From Sulfuritalea sp. (GTDB lineage Bacteria; Pseudomonadota; Gammaproteobacteria; Burkholderiales; Rhodocyclaceae): 64,000 nt of DNA. This document shows positions 1 to 8,995 of the stretch, piece after piece. The notes beneath the pieces were generated by a model. The model saw only the letters and a list, made by a program, of their open reading frames with translations, was not told where the DNA came from and made no database searches. Made by a program: the position numbers and the translations under genes. How positions within the stretch are numbered: the stretch's first letter is position 1; each line of letters opens with the position of its first letter. The DNA lies in the NCBI GenBank assembly GCA_034376265.1, contig JAXMJU010000179.1, positions 4,664 to 68,663 on the forward strand. The letters run 5' to 3'.

Positions 1-1243
1 TGTCCGGCACGGAATCGACATTGCCGAGAATCGAGGTGGCCAGGGGCCGATGGCACTGATAGCAGGTTTCTTCGAGCTTGGAGACTCCGCTGGTTGCTCC
101 CTGGCGGGTCAGGCGGCGCGCGCCGCTCACGGTATGGGTGTCGTGGCAGTTCAGGCAGGCGACCTTCCAGACCGGCATGCCCTGGGGAAACTGCCGGGTG
201 TCGGCCGCGCCGGAGGTGTAGGCCTGCGTCGCGATGTTCGAATTGGCATGCGAGGAATAGGCCCAGCTGAAGGAATTGGCTGCAGTGCCGTCGTTGCCTT
301 TTTGATGGCAGGACAGGCACACCATGTCATTCGCATCGCTGTAGACTTCGCTGGGCTGCGCCATCTGGAAGCGGCTACGACGCAGGAACTTGATGTTGCG
401 CTCCTTGGTGATGACGGCGGCGTCGGCCGCATCGGTGGTGAGCGTGGTCTCGCGGATGTGCGGATCATGGCAAGTGGTGCATTGCACCTGGCCGGTGCCG
501 CCGCCGCTGCCCGAGGTGGTCTCCAGCGGCAGCACCGGGCGCGTCGATGTACTGCCGAACAGCCCGGTCCCCGCAGTGCTGCTGCCGAGGCCGCTGCCCT
601 GGCCGCCGCCGCGCGTGCCCACCAGGGGATGGGTGCCATTGATCAACGGCATCGATGCCGGGGGACGCAGTTCGCCGTCCTGACTGGTCAGCGCCGCGCT
701 GTAGGTGATCGAAATCGGATGGTCGTTGGCCAGGTTCTGCCCAAGATTGCGCGTATAGCCCTCGCTGCCTGCCGGCATGGCGGTCGACGTACTGCCGCCG
801 ACTTCGATCGCGCTGCCGAATCCCGAGCCTGGAGCGTTGATGACATTGCCCAGCGCTATGGTGCCGTCATGACAAGAAAGGCACAGCTTGGAACTCCCCA
901 GCGGCTGTCCGCTCCAGCCGGCCTGAATCGATGCCAGACGGGCATCCAGGGATTCGCTGTTGTACGGCGTATAGGTGGCGGTGTACGTCGCCGCCGTGTC
1001 CGCGCTGCCGCCGATCTTGCGATTCCATAGCGGCGCCACCGCCGAGGCGTTGGCAGCATGCGGTGTATGGCAAAAGACACAGACCTGGGATTCGCTCGAT
1101 GATTTTGTATTGCCGGCGGCGCCGCTGGTGGAAAGATTGTGCTTGGTGTTGCGCACATCGGACTGGCGTGCGGCGTGGACCGCCGGCACGGCCAGAATGC
1201 CGCAAGCCGCCAGCAGGATCAGCGCCCGCAGGAAGCTATTCAC
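1..1243 (-). CDS. Secreted multiheme cytochrome c (at least 6 CxxCH) with N-terminal OmcE-like domain; 3' end runs off the window
   Basis: Not in ORF track because it has no stop in the window. Manual translation from GTG 1243 (GGAGG RBS upstream): MNSFLRALILLAACGILAVPAVHA (signal) ARQSDVRNTKHNLS..CVFCHTPH..APLWNR..CLSCHDG..NLANDHPI..CTTCHDPH..CLSCH..CLNCHDTH..CYQCH, open for 414 codons. Confidence 0.92.
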   Translation of the reverse strand, partial: MNSFLRALILLAACGILAVPAVHAARQSDVRNTKHNLSTSGAAGNTKSSSESQVCVFCHTPHAANASAVAPLWNRKIGGSADTAATYTATYTPYNSESLDARLASIQAGWSGQPLGSSKLCLSCHDGTIALGNVINAPGSGFGSAIEVGGSTSTAMPAGSEGYTRNLGQNLANDHPISITYSAALTSQDGELRPPASMPLINGTHPLVGTRGGGQGSGLGSSTAGTGLFGSTSTRPVLPLETTSGSGGGTGQVQCTTCHDPHIRETTLTTDAADAAVITKERNIKFLRRSRFQMAQPSEVYSDANDMVCLSCHQKGNDGTAANSFSWAYSSHANSNIATQAYTSGAADTRQFPQGMPVWKVACLNCHDTHTVSGARRLTRQGATSGVSKLEETCYQCHRPLATSILGNVDSVPD

Positions 1244-2324
1244 TTTCCGCACCTCCACCGAGAAACTGGAACACCGACACGCGGCTGTTCAGGGTGTCGG
1301 CCACATAGACACGATTGTGCGCATCGATCCAGACGCCCGCAGGGAGATGAAACTTGCCCGGTTCGCTGCCGACACCGCCGATCGACATCAGGAATTCACC
1401 TTTAGGGTTATAAATCAACAGGTGGTCGTAAAAGGATTCAATGACATAAATATTGCCTTCGCTATCCGCCGCCACGCCCTTGGGCCTCACCATGTTGCCG
1501 ACGAACATACCCAGCTTCCCCACCGTAGCAAGATGCTTGCCGGTCTCGGTCGACAGGGTCTGGATCCGTGCATTGATCGTATCCGCAACATAGAGTTTCT
1601 GGTGGCCGACAGCGATATAAGTCGGATAGTTGAATTCTCCCGGCCCGTCGCCGCGCTCTCCCCACACATCCAGAAGCACACCCTGCAGGTCAAACAGCTT
1701 GACCTGATGGTCGGCGGTATCCACCACGTAAATCCGCCGCGTCGACGGGTCGTAAGCGATACCCGTCGGCCGGGTCAAATGACCCTTGCCGATTGCTTTG
1801 AGCGCATTACCCTCGCTGTCCAGGTGGGCCACCAGCCCAAGTTCGCTGTCGGTGACAAACACCGTGCCGTCGGGGCCCAGGGCGATCCCTATCGGACTGA
1901 TGAAATTGCGCGAACCTTCAGCCTGCTGCCAAAGTTTCAGCGTGCCTTCCATCTCGTTGAAGACGAATACCGAGGGCGTTCCGCGATCCGTGACCAGGAC
2001 GCGCCCTGCTTCGTCGACCACCCCGGATTGCGGCCGGTAAAGTTCCCGCGGGGGCGCTTCGCCCTTGATGAACTGGAGAACCCGCCCGATCGCGTCGAAC
2101 AGGCCGCTGCCATCGGATTCGGGCTTTGTAAAATTGCGGTCGCCGTAGAGGTGCCCCAGATAGACATAGCGTGGCACCACACCATCGCTTTCCGGCGGGA
2201 ACATCAGGTGCGTGGCCTGGATCCGGTCGACATCCAGCGCAAAAACGGCTTTGCTCGGCGCACCCGCGCAACCGGACAGGGCACCGACCAGGAATACCGC
2301 GAGCAGTAGGGATTGCAGATGCAT
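1236..2324 (-). CDS. NHL-repeat beta-propeller lipoprotein
   Basis: Lipobox LSGC; repeats of GxGPGEFNYPTYIAV / PKGVAADSEGNIYV / GKFHLPAGVWID..VYVADTLNSRVSVF. Confidence 0.88.
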   Translation of the reverse strand: MHLQSLLLAVFLVGALSGCAGAPSKAVFALDVDRIQATHLMFPPESDGVVPRYVYLGHLYGDRNFTKPESDGSGLFDAIGRVLQFIKGEAPPRELYRPQSGVVDEAGRVLVTDRGTPSVFVFNEMEGTLKLWQQAEGSRNFISPIGIALGPDGTVFVTDSELGLVAHLDSEGNALKAIGKGHLTRPTGIAYDPSTRRIYVVDTADHQVKLFDLQGVLLDVWGERGDGPGEFNYPTYIAVGHQKLYVADTINARIQTLSTETGKHLATVGKLGMFVGNMVRPKGVAADSEGNIYVIESFYDHLLIYNPKGEFLMSIGGVGSEPGKFHLPAGVWIDAHNRVYVADTLNSRVSVFQFLGGGAESE

Positions 2325-3280
2325 CAGCGTCGGCGCCGTCGTATGCGAAAAACCGCAGCCGTCCGGCTGGCGCCGTCGGCTACATACATCAAGCCACCAT
2401 ATACTGAAATCTGTTCCGGTGAGATGAGATTGAGTTGCCGCGGCAGCAGCTTTTCCACTCCGCCATCGAAAACCCGCGAAATGCTGCGGTCGAATCCGTC
2501 AAGCACGTAGATTTCGCCGTTGTCTGCCACGAGGGCTTTGGGCTGACGAATCTGCCCGAGGGCAAGCTTGCGTACCAGACGCCGGTCACGCCACTCATTC
2601 ACGCACTGACACTGCGCGTCAGCCGTCAGCAGCCTGGCGCCGTCAAGGGCCACCGGCCCTGCCGCATGGAGTTGCAGATGCGCGATCGCCAGCCGCCCCA
2701 CGGGTTCTATTTGGTCCAGATAGCGGGTCAGCGAATCCACGGCGAATACCCGTCCGCTCATTGGGTCGACATCGAAATCCAGGTAGTGGCTGGCGGGCAA
2801 CCGCGGTTGCAACGGAGACTGCAGCTGACCCAGCATCGAGTAGCGCTGTATCTCGCCCAGAACCCCATCGAGGACATACAGCTCACCGCCGACACCCGCA
2901 CGCAGCCGGCTGGAGGTGTTGATGCGAATCCCCCGCACTGCGGCCATCATGCCGCCAGCGTGCTGATAGCGAAACAATCGGCCATGTCCGGCATCGGCGA
3001 TGAAAAGCGCCCCCAGGCTGGCCACCACGGCCACCGGAAACAGGAAGGATACATGGCGTTCATTGCCACCCGGCAGAGGCATGCCACTGGGATCGACTTT
3101 GTCGGTGAGGCGGCCACCGGTAACTCCGAACAAGGGGTCGAGCCAGGCATCGTTGCTGGCAGCAGCAGCCGATCGGGTCGGCGTCCCGCCACAACCAACT
3201 ATCGCCAGGCCGCAAGCCAGCGCGATGCCACGGCGCAGCGCCTCGCGGCGGCTACCAGCGTCCAGGGCCGCCGGTTTCAT
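2324..3280 (-). CDS. Divergent beta-propeller (NHL-like) lipoprotein, possibly Tat-exported
   Basis: Start moved to ATG 3280 (MKPAALDAGSRREALRRGIALACGLAIVGC): RR motif plus lipobox; LFIADAGHGRL, IYVLDGFDRSI and MYVADGASRT blade motifs. Confidence 0.7.
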   Translation of the reverse strand: MKPAALDAGSRREALRRGIALACGLAIVGCGGTPTRSAAAASNDAWLDPLFGVTGGRLTDKVDPSGMPLPGGNERHVSFLFPVAVVASLGALFIADAGHGRLFRYQHAGGMMAAVRGIRINTSSRLRAGVGGELYVLDGVLGEIQRYSMLGQLQSPLQPRLPASHYLDFDVDPMSGRVFAVDSLTRYLDQIEPVGRLAIAHLQLHAAGPVALDGARLLTADAQCQCVNEWRDRRLVRKLALGQIRQPKALVADNGEIYVLDGFDRSISRVFDGGVEKLLPRQLNLISPEQISVYGGLMYVADGASRTAAVFRIRRRRR

Positions 3281-3626
3281 GACCGCCAACAATTCCGGTC
3301 GGCAAGCCGCGCTTGCCGGAGTGACAGAGATCGCACTGGTCGGGCGGCCAGGCAATCTCGCCGTTGTGACATGCGCCGCAAAAACGCCCCTCGACAATAT
3401 CCGACATCTTGAAATCATTGCTGCCGACGCGCATCTTGAATCCAAGCTCGGCATGGCACACCTTGCACCGGAAGCGGATGCGGTGAAACCAGTGCGGGAA
3501 AATCACCGGACGCACACCTTCCTTTTCGGCCCTACGATTCAGCACGACATCTCCATATTCGGCAGTGGCCGGCGGTGTTGTTGCGAGCAAACCCGGGACC
3601 AGCAACACAAGACACCAAAATTTCAC
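3252..3626 (-). CDS. c7-type triheme cytochrome c (type A')
   Basis: GTG 3626, signal peptide ending ATA-E; FPHWFH..CKVCH..CGACH..CDLCH. Confidence 0.88.
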   Translation of the reverse strand: MKFWCLVLLVPGLLATTPPATAEYGDVVLNRRAEKEGVRPVIFPHWFHRIRFRCKVCHAELGFKMRVGSNDFKMSDIVEGRFCGACHNGEIAWPPDQCDLCHSGKRGLPTGIVGGHETGGPGRW

Positions 3627-3634
3627 GGTACCGC

Positions 3635-4225
3635 TCACTTGGGCGGTACCGCACCGGCAGGAATCGCGATCGGCAGCGAGGGCCGGGGTTTCCCGTCGCC
3701 CGGCCTGACCACGCTGTGGCAACGGAAGCACTCCGTCAAGGGGAACGCCACTGCGCCATGGCAAACGCCGCACTGTTCGCCCTCGAGAATTCTCAACATC
3801 GAGAACTTGGTGGCCCCTGCCTCGGCCTTGAACAGATGATCATGGCAATTGGTGCAATCCAGCCAGAGGGTATGCTGGCGATGCGGAAAGCGCACGATCG
3901 GCATGCCACCTTTTAGATTCAGCAGAACATCCGATTCGTAAACGCGAATCTTGGTATCCGGCCGGAGATTAGCGCGGGGGTTGATTTCGCCCTTTTCCAG
4001 GGATTGAACCCACCGCACCATGTTCCCGGCCGTGTCCGGTGTCAGCTTGGACAGCGCAACTCCGGGTTCTTGCAGAACTTTTACGGCGGGCCCGCGCGGG
4101 TCGTGAACACCATCCTTGCGCAGGGAAACCCATTCGTCACCCCATGCCACCGCGCTTGCTACAACCGCCAAAACGACGATAAGCCGCCGCTGTGCCGGCT
4201 TACCCGGGAATATAGATACCCGCAT
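3635..4225 (-). CDS. c7-type triheme cytochrome c (type B')
   Basis: Probable ATG 4225 with signal; DGVHDP..FPHRQHTLWLDCTNCH..CGVCH..CFRCH. Confidence 0.86.
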   Translation of the reverse strand: MRVSIFPGKPAQRRLIVVLAVVASAVAWGDEWVSLRKDGVHDPRGPAVKVLQEPGVALSKLTPDTAGNMVRWVQSLEKGEINPRANLRPDTKIRVYESDVLLNLKGGMPIVRFPHRQHTLWLDCTNCHDHLFKAEAGATKFSMLRILEGEQCGVCHGAVAFPLTECFRCHSVVRPGDGKPRPSLPIAIPAGAVPPK

Positions 4226-5096
4226 TGCGAATAGCGCGCACCAACTCCGCGGTGGATTCCTCCAGCAGTTTGACTGCCTCATCATAGGCTTTGCGCGACG
4301 CTGCCTCGTCTGCCTTGATGCGTAGTTCCTGGCCCTTCGAAAGATAGGCCTTGACCATTTCGCCGCTCGCCTTTTTTTCATCGACGAGAACTTTGATCAG
4401 CATCTGATGCGTATTGTTCCTATCGATTTCATAATGAAATTCTTCCTCCTTGGTCGCGAAGTTCAGCGAGCGCACCAGCGTATCGCCGCTACGCAGGCTG
4501 GTCAGCCCGGCCTTGGCGACCAGATAGCCGCGATCGATCTCGGCACGCGCCTCCTTGAACTTGCGCTCGTGCGCCAGTGCCGCAGCCCCAGCCATCGACT
4601 TCTCGATCTGCGCGACGGTTTCGTTTACTCCCTTGGCGGACTTCTCGTCGGAAACCCGCTTGTAGGCTCCCAGCAAGGCTTGCACGCTTTCCAGACGCAG
4701 CAGGTAATCGTTCTCGATTTTCTTCGCGCTAACTTCTTCCGGCGCGGCAAAGCGCACGGCATCGAAGAAGGTCGAACGCGATTCGGCCAGCAGCGCGGAT
4801 GCCTTTTCCAGGTTGCCCTGATCGAGCGCCGCCTTGGCGGCGCCGTGCAGTTCGCGCGCACGATCGCGCCGCTGCAAGGCCTCCGGCGCCTTGCTGGAAT
4901 CGATCTGGCGCGCAGCAGACGAGCTTTCCAGCAGTTTGCCTACCGAATCCAGATTGGACGCCAGTTGCGCCTTGTCGATCTTGTTGCCGGCCAGACGCGA
5001 TGCGGCACTTTCCGGCGCATTGGCCGGCGGCGGGGTTTGAGCCAGAATACCCACACAGGCAAGCAGGGAAATCAGCAGGACCATCGGCTTGTTCAT
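4200..5096 (-). CDS. Secreted alpha-helical hypothetical protein (about three helical repeats, no heme motif)
   Basis: ATG 5096 MNKPMVLLISLLACVGILAQ signal; Ala/Lys/Glu-rich helices; tightly packed in the operon. Confidence 0.75.
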   Translation of the reverse strand: MNKPMVLLISLLACVGILAQTPPPANAPESAASRLAGNKIDKAQLASNLDSVGKLLESSSAARQIDSSKAPEALQRRDRARELHGAAKAALDQGNLEKASALLAESRSTFFDAVRFAAPEEVSAKKIENDYLLRLESVQALLGAYKRVSDEKSAKGVNETVAQIEKSMAGAAALAHERKFKEARAEIDRGYLVAKAGLTSLRSGDTLVRSLNFATKEEEFHYEIDRNNTHQMLIKVLVDEKKASGEMVKAYLSKGQELRIKADEAASRKAYDEAVKLLEESTAELVRAIRNAGIYIPG

Positions 5097-5109
5097 CGCA
5101 ATACCTCGT

Positions 5110-6135
5110 TTACTTCGTCGCCGGCGCGGTTGCCTGGGCGGGACGGAATTCCTTCTTCTTCGAATGGCAAAGCCGGCATTCCGAAACCGGAAAGGCCACC
5201 TTGCCGTGACAGACACCACATTTCTCGCCCAGGAGAATTGCCGCCATGCTGATCGCATTGGCGCCTTTCTGCGGCACGAAAATCGCCGGATGACAATTCG
5301 AGCAGTCAAGCCATTCCGTGTGCTGTTTGTGCGGATACACCACGTCGGGCATCGAGCCTTTTACTTCGCGCACGATGTTGAGATCGATGACGACGGGGGC
5401 GGCATTGGCATCCTGCCGATCCCAGCGCGGGTTGATCTTTTTATCTTCGATCGCCTTTACCCAATTGACGCGATTCCCGGCCAGGCTTTTCGGCAAGGGA
5501 CCATAGGCCGCTAGCGGTGCCATCAAGGCAACGGTACCGTCGTTGGTCGGATCATGGATGCCGTCCTCGGTGGGTGGCGGGTTGCGCTTGCCGATCGGCT
5601 TCAGGAGCCGATTGAAGGAGTTGATGTCGGCGGCCGATGCTCCCGAGGTGTTTGCCGTCGCATCGATCGATGCGGCCGGCGCGACCGCAGCGGCAGCCGG
5701 TACCGGCGCCGTCGCGACAGATGCAGCCGCCACTTTGGGATTTGCCACTTTGGGATTTGCCACCTTGGGAGTTGCCACCGCTGGGGCAGCAACCGGCGCC
5801 GCAGCAGCAGGCTTTGCCGGACTCGCGGTCTTTACCGATGCCAGCATGAAATCCACGGCCGCCTTGACGTCTCCATCCGATGCGGTCAGGTTGCCGCCCT
5901 TGGCCGGCATGCCCTTGGCCGTGCCCTTCAGGGCGCTGGCATACAGGCGAGCGGTTCCGCCTGCCAGACGGGGCTGCCAGTCGGCCGCATTGCCAAATCG
6001 AGGTGCACCGGCGATTCCCGCCGCATGGCAAACCACACAAGTCTTGGTGTACAAAACCTTGCCGGCATCGGCGGCGGCGGCCGCTCCAAAAAACGCCGAC
6101 ATCAGGACGGGAAGAATTACTCGTTCAATTTTCAT
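5110..6135 (-). CDS. Tetraheme fusion cytochrome: c5-like monoheme + Ala/Pro linker + c7-type triheme (type B)
   Basis: CVVCH..GAPRFG..W..GMPAKGG (c5); linker with PKVAN repeats; YPHKQH..CSNCH..CGVCH..CRLCH. Confidence 0.9.
   Translation of the reverse strand: MKIERVILPVLMSAFFGAAAAADAGKVLYTKTCVVCHAAGIAGAPRFGNAADWQPRLAGGTARLYASALKGTAKGMPAKGGNLTASDGDVKAAVDFMLASVKTASPAKPAAAAPVAAPAVATPKVANPKVANPKVAAASVATAPVPAAAAVAPAASIDATANTSGASAADINSFNRLLKPIGKRNPPPTEDGIHDPTNDGTVALMAPLAAYGPLPKSLAGNRVNWVKAIEDKKINPRWDRQDANAAPVVIDLNIVREVKGSMPDVVYPHKQHTEWLDCSNCHPAIFVPQKGANAISMAAILLGEKCGVCHGKVAFPVSECRLCHSKKKEFRPAQATAPATK
5729..5778. repeat. 15-bp tandem repeat (about 3.3 copies) encoding the VA(N/T)PK linker
   Basis: GCCACTTTGGGATTT x2, then GCCACCTTGGGAGTT, then GCCAC. 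Confidence 0.85.
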
Positions 6136-6148
6136 GATCGCCCGTCCC

Positions 6149-6559
6149 TTATTTCTTCTGTAGTGCCGCGGGGGCTAGTTTCTGGATAGTGCTTTCGTGC
6201 ACTTGCGTCGGCGTGCCCGGCTTTGCCGAATGGCACAGATTGCAGTTCTCCACCGACCAGGCGAGTTCGCCGTTGTGACAGGCTCCGCAAAACTGGCCGT
6301 CGATGATCTTCACCATGTTGATCTCGTTGCCTCCCGCCTTGAACTTGAAGCCGAGATCGGCGTGACACACCTTGCAGCGAAACCGGACGCGATGAAACCA
6401 GTGGGGAAATATCGCCGGCCGCATGCCGGCGGCATCGGAGTAATTGTTTATCACTACATCCCCGTACTCTGCGCGCGCGTCGTCGGTGTCGAATGCGACG
6501 ATCGCGGCAAATGCGAGCAGGATCGCGAACCAGCGCTGCCGGGGAGCTCTTCCAATCAT
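6149..6559 (-). CDS. c7-type triheme cytochrome c (type A)
   Basis: ATG 6559 after GAGGAAGG; signal ending ARA-E; FPHWFH..CKVCH..CGACH..CNLCH; close paralog of 3252..3626. Confidence 0.9.
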   Translation of the reverse strand: MIGRAPRQRWFAILLAFAAIVAFDTDDARAEYGDVVINNYSDAAGMRPAIFPHWFHRVRFRCKVCHADLGFKFKAGGNEINMVKIIDGQFCGACHNGELAWSVENCNLCHSAKPGTPTQVHESTIQKLAPAALQKK

Positions 6560-6610
6560 AATACCTTCCTCTAAAAGCATATTTTTGCTCGAATATTTCA
6601 GTTAGGAATT

Positions 6611-8944
6611 CTACCAGCGGCCATCGAAGATTCCGTCAAAATCACGACTGACCGAACCGAATATGGAAGCAGATTTCCTGCCAGCTTGGTCGATAGTCGT
6701 CAGTCTCAGGCTAAAAGCCAGCTTTCCGAGCCGGTAGTCCAGCAGATGCTGCATAGACACGCTCTGCTGGCTGTTCAGCGCCTCGGCAAGCGAGCCTTCC
6801 AGGCGCTGGTTCGAGAAACTGTTCACATACATCAGATTGCCCGTGTAGTTCAACAGGGGAACCGAAAACAGATTGCGATGCGTATAGCCGATGGTGAACG
6901 TGCCCATCGTCGTCGGCGCCGAGTTGTCGAAGGTCACGCCATTGATGGTTTCCTCAGCGGAAGCGCTGGCGATGGAGCGGCTCCAGTTCAGCCCTGCATT
7001 GGCGGTCAGGCTAGCGTTCCGCGAAAATTGATAGGCGCCGCCGCCCGTCAGGTTTGCGCTCTGAAAATGATGATTGCCGGTCGAGGCGTTCGATATCGAA
7101 TCGGACAACGTCACGCTCGCATTTCCGCGCAGCGCCGCGCTCAGTGTCGAACTCCACGAAGCGGCCGCGGAATTGCTCATGGTGAGCGTCGGGCCCTGTT
7201 CGCTGGTGGACCGTGAAAGGCCCTGATTCGCGGAGAAATTGACTGCCTGGCTGCCACCGAAAAGAAAGTTGCGCCCAAGATTGTGATTGGCGCTGACGCT
7301 GGTGCCGACAAAATTCTGGCCGGCGCTGGATGCCATTCTCGATGCCCCGCCGCCAACGCCCCAGCCGTAGTTGAATCCCATCAGTTGCAAGGGGTCTCCG
7401 GTATAGGAGACTGCCGCCGATTGCGAGTTGAAGAAAGAGCGCGGACCGGACGACGTGCCGAGTATTCCCGCGGACGCCCCCCCCGACGCCGAGAGATTGT
7501 TGCTGAAACGGTAGGTGCCGGTGACGTTGCCGGCGACGTTCAACAGGCTGGACTTCGCGCCGTTGCTGGTTACCTGCGTGTGAATCAGGTTGCCGCCGCC
7601 GGTCAGCGTCAATGGCTGGTCTTCGTACGGCCTCCAGGTAAAGCTGGTGGTGCCCAGGAGCAGGTTTGCGGCATTTTCGATGGATGCATTTCCTTGAGCG
7701 GACGTCGTCTGGTTCCGCGTGTACTCCAGCGCGCTGTTGATGCTCAGATCCTCATGCACCCACCAGCCATGGCTGACCTTGCCGGTCAGGCGACGGTAAT
7801 TTTCCGCCGACAGATCCGCAGCCGATGAAGTCAGTCCGAAATTGGCATTGAGCGCATGCCTGCCCTCCAGCGGATGATCGAAATCGAATTCCGCCCCGGT
7901 CGAGAAATCCCCGAGCAGGGATGTCGTCGCACTGGTACCGGTCGCGGTACTGAAGCTGTTGCGGTTAAACGATGCGCCATAGCGCTCGCGGCCTTCCTCG
8001 GGGCGGTACTGCTGTCGCACCGAAATATTGTTGAAGCGCGTCTCCTGCCCCACGTCGAAGGCCCTGGTCTCCGAACTTCCCTGAGTGAAATTGACGCTGA
8101 GCGGATAACGGCTGAGCGGCAGCACATCGGCGCCGAGCGAATAACTGAGCCCGCTGCTGACTCCTTTGACGTCCTGTCCGGCCGCGGACGAGTAGGTCGA
8201 CTTGCCCAGGTTGTAGTTGAACGATCCGTTCCATTGCGCAACATAGGGGGCAACGACAAAACTGCTGGCCTGGAGTGCGACGGTATTTATGTCGTTGAGA
8301 AAACTCGTACCTTGTCCCAGCGTCGAATTCAGGCTCGACACCGTGTTTCCTGCCCAGCGAATTGGCGCCATGCCCCATCTGGTTTCGCCAACATCGGGAA
8401 GGCTGTCGCCTGGAGCATTCTGCACGCCGGCAGGCACAGCGGATCCAGCGATCGGGCGCCGCGGTGCTGGTGCCGGACGTGGATCGAAGGGTATGGGCTG
8501 TTCCGGTGCGTCCGGTCCATCGTCCGTCTTCGCGCGCGGCGGCGAACCTTCTCCAGCTCTGGCAGTTCCCTGTCCACCGGCCACAGGAGATCCAGCCGCG
8601 GCGGTCGCGCTGTCTGGCGCGGCGCGCGGCAAGCCCAGGTTCTGCGACAAGATCAGGCGAAGCCTTGGCTCGGGCCGCGCGGCGGGCACGGCCCGCTTCC
8701 GTGGCGGAGTTTTGCCAGAGTTGAGCGGAGTCAGAAGCAGGGAAAACCGCAGTGGCAACGGTTCGCCGGATCTGACCGCAGCCGTAATGTCAGCCCCTCG
8801 CGGCACGACCAGGGCAGCTTCCTGGCGGCCGCTGCCGGAACCGCTCTGGGACCACGCCACGCTTGAGCAAAATGCCCCTCCGACCAAACTCAACAGCAGA
8901 CGATCGGATCGGACGCGATCACAGCCCCGCTTTGATTTCCTCAC
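6611..8944 (-). CDS. Large outer-membrane beta-barrel (porin/secretion channel) with Pro/Ala-rich N-terminal extension
   Basis: Signal-like N-terminus; about 580 aa of Ser/Thr/Asn/Gly-rich alternating amphipathic strands with aromatic girdle residues; C-terminal aromatic (..FDGIFDGRW). Confidence 0.8.
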   Translation of the reverse strand: MRKSKRGCDRVRSDRLLLSLVGGAFCSSVAWSQSGSGSGRQEAALVVPRGADITAAVRSGEPLPLRFSLLLTPLNSGKTPPRKRAVPAARPEPRLRLILSQNLGLPRAAPDSATAAAGSPVAGGQGTARAGEGSPPRAKTDDGPDAPEQPIPFDPRPAPAPRRPIAGSAVPAGVQNAPGDSLPDVGETRWGMAPIRWAGNTVSSLNSTLGQGTSFLNDINTVALQASSFVVAPYVAQWNGSFNYNLGKSTYSSAAGQDVKGVSSGLSYSLGADVLPLSRYPLSVNFTQGSSETRAFDVGQETRFNNISVRQQYRPEEGRERYGASFNRNSFSTATGTSATTSLLGDFSTGAEFDFDHPLEGRHALNANFGLTSSAADLSAENYRRLTGKVSHGWWVHEDLSINSALEYTRNQTTSAQGNASIENAANLLLGTTSFTWRPYEDQPLTLTGGGNLIHTQVTSNGAKSSLLNVAGNVTGTYRFSNNLSASGGASAGILGTSSGPRSFFNSQSAAVSYTGDPLQLMGFNYGWGVGGGASRMASSAGQNFVGTSVSANHNLGRNFLFGGSQAVNFSANQGLSRSTSEQGPTLTMSNSAAASWSSTLSAALRGNASVTLSDSISNASTGNHHFQSANLTGGGAYQFSRNASLTANAGLNWSRSIASASAEETINGVTFDNSAPTTMGTFTIGYTHRNLFSVPLLNYTGNLMYVNSFSNQRLEGSLAEALNSQQSVSMQHLLDYRLGKLAFSLRLTTIDQAGRKSASIFGSVSRDFDGIFDGRW

Positions 8945-8995
8945 TGTGCCAAACCGTCACCGTGCTTGAAGCGCTTGATACAGGCTCTCCTCAGT

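Noticed and set aside
50..1030. 326-aa + strand ORF
   Set aside because: Antisense shadow of the multiheme cytochrome on the - strand; no motifs
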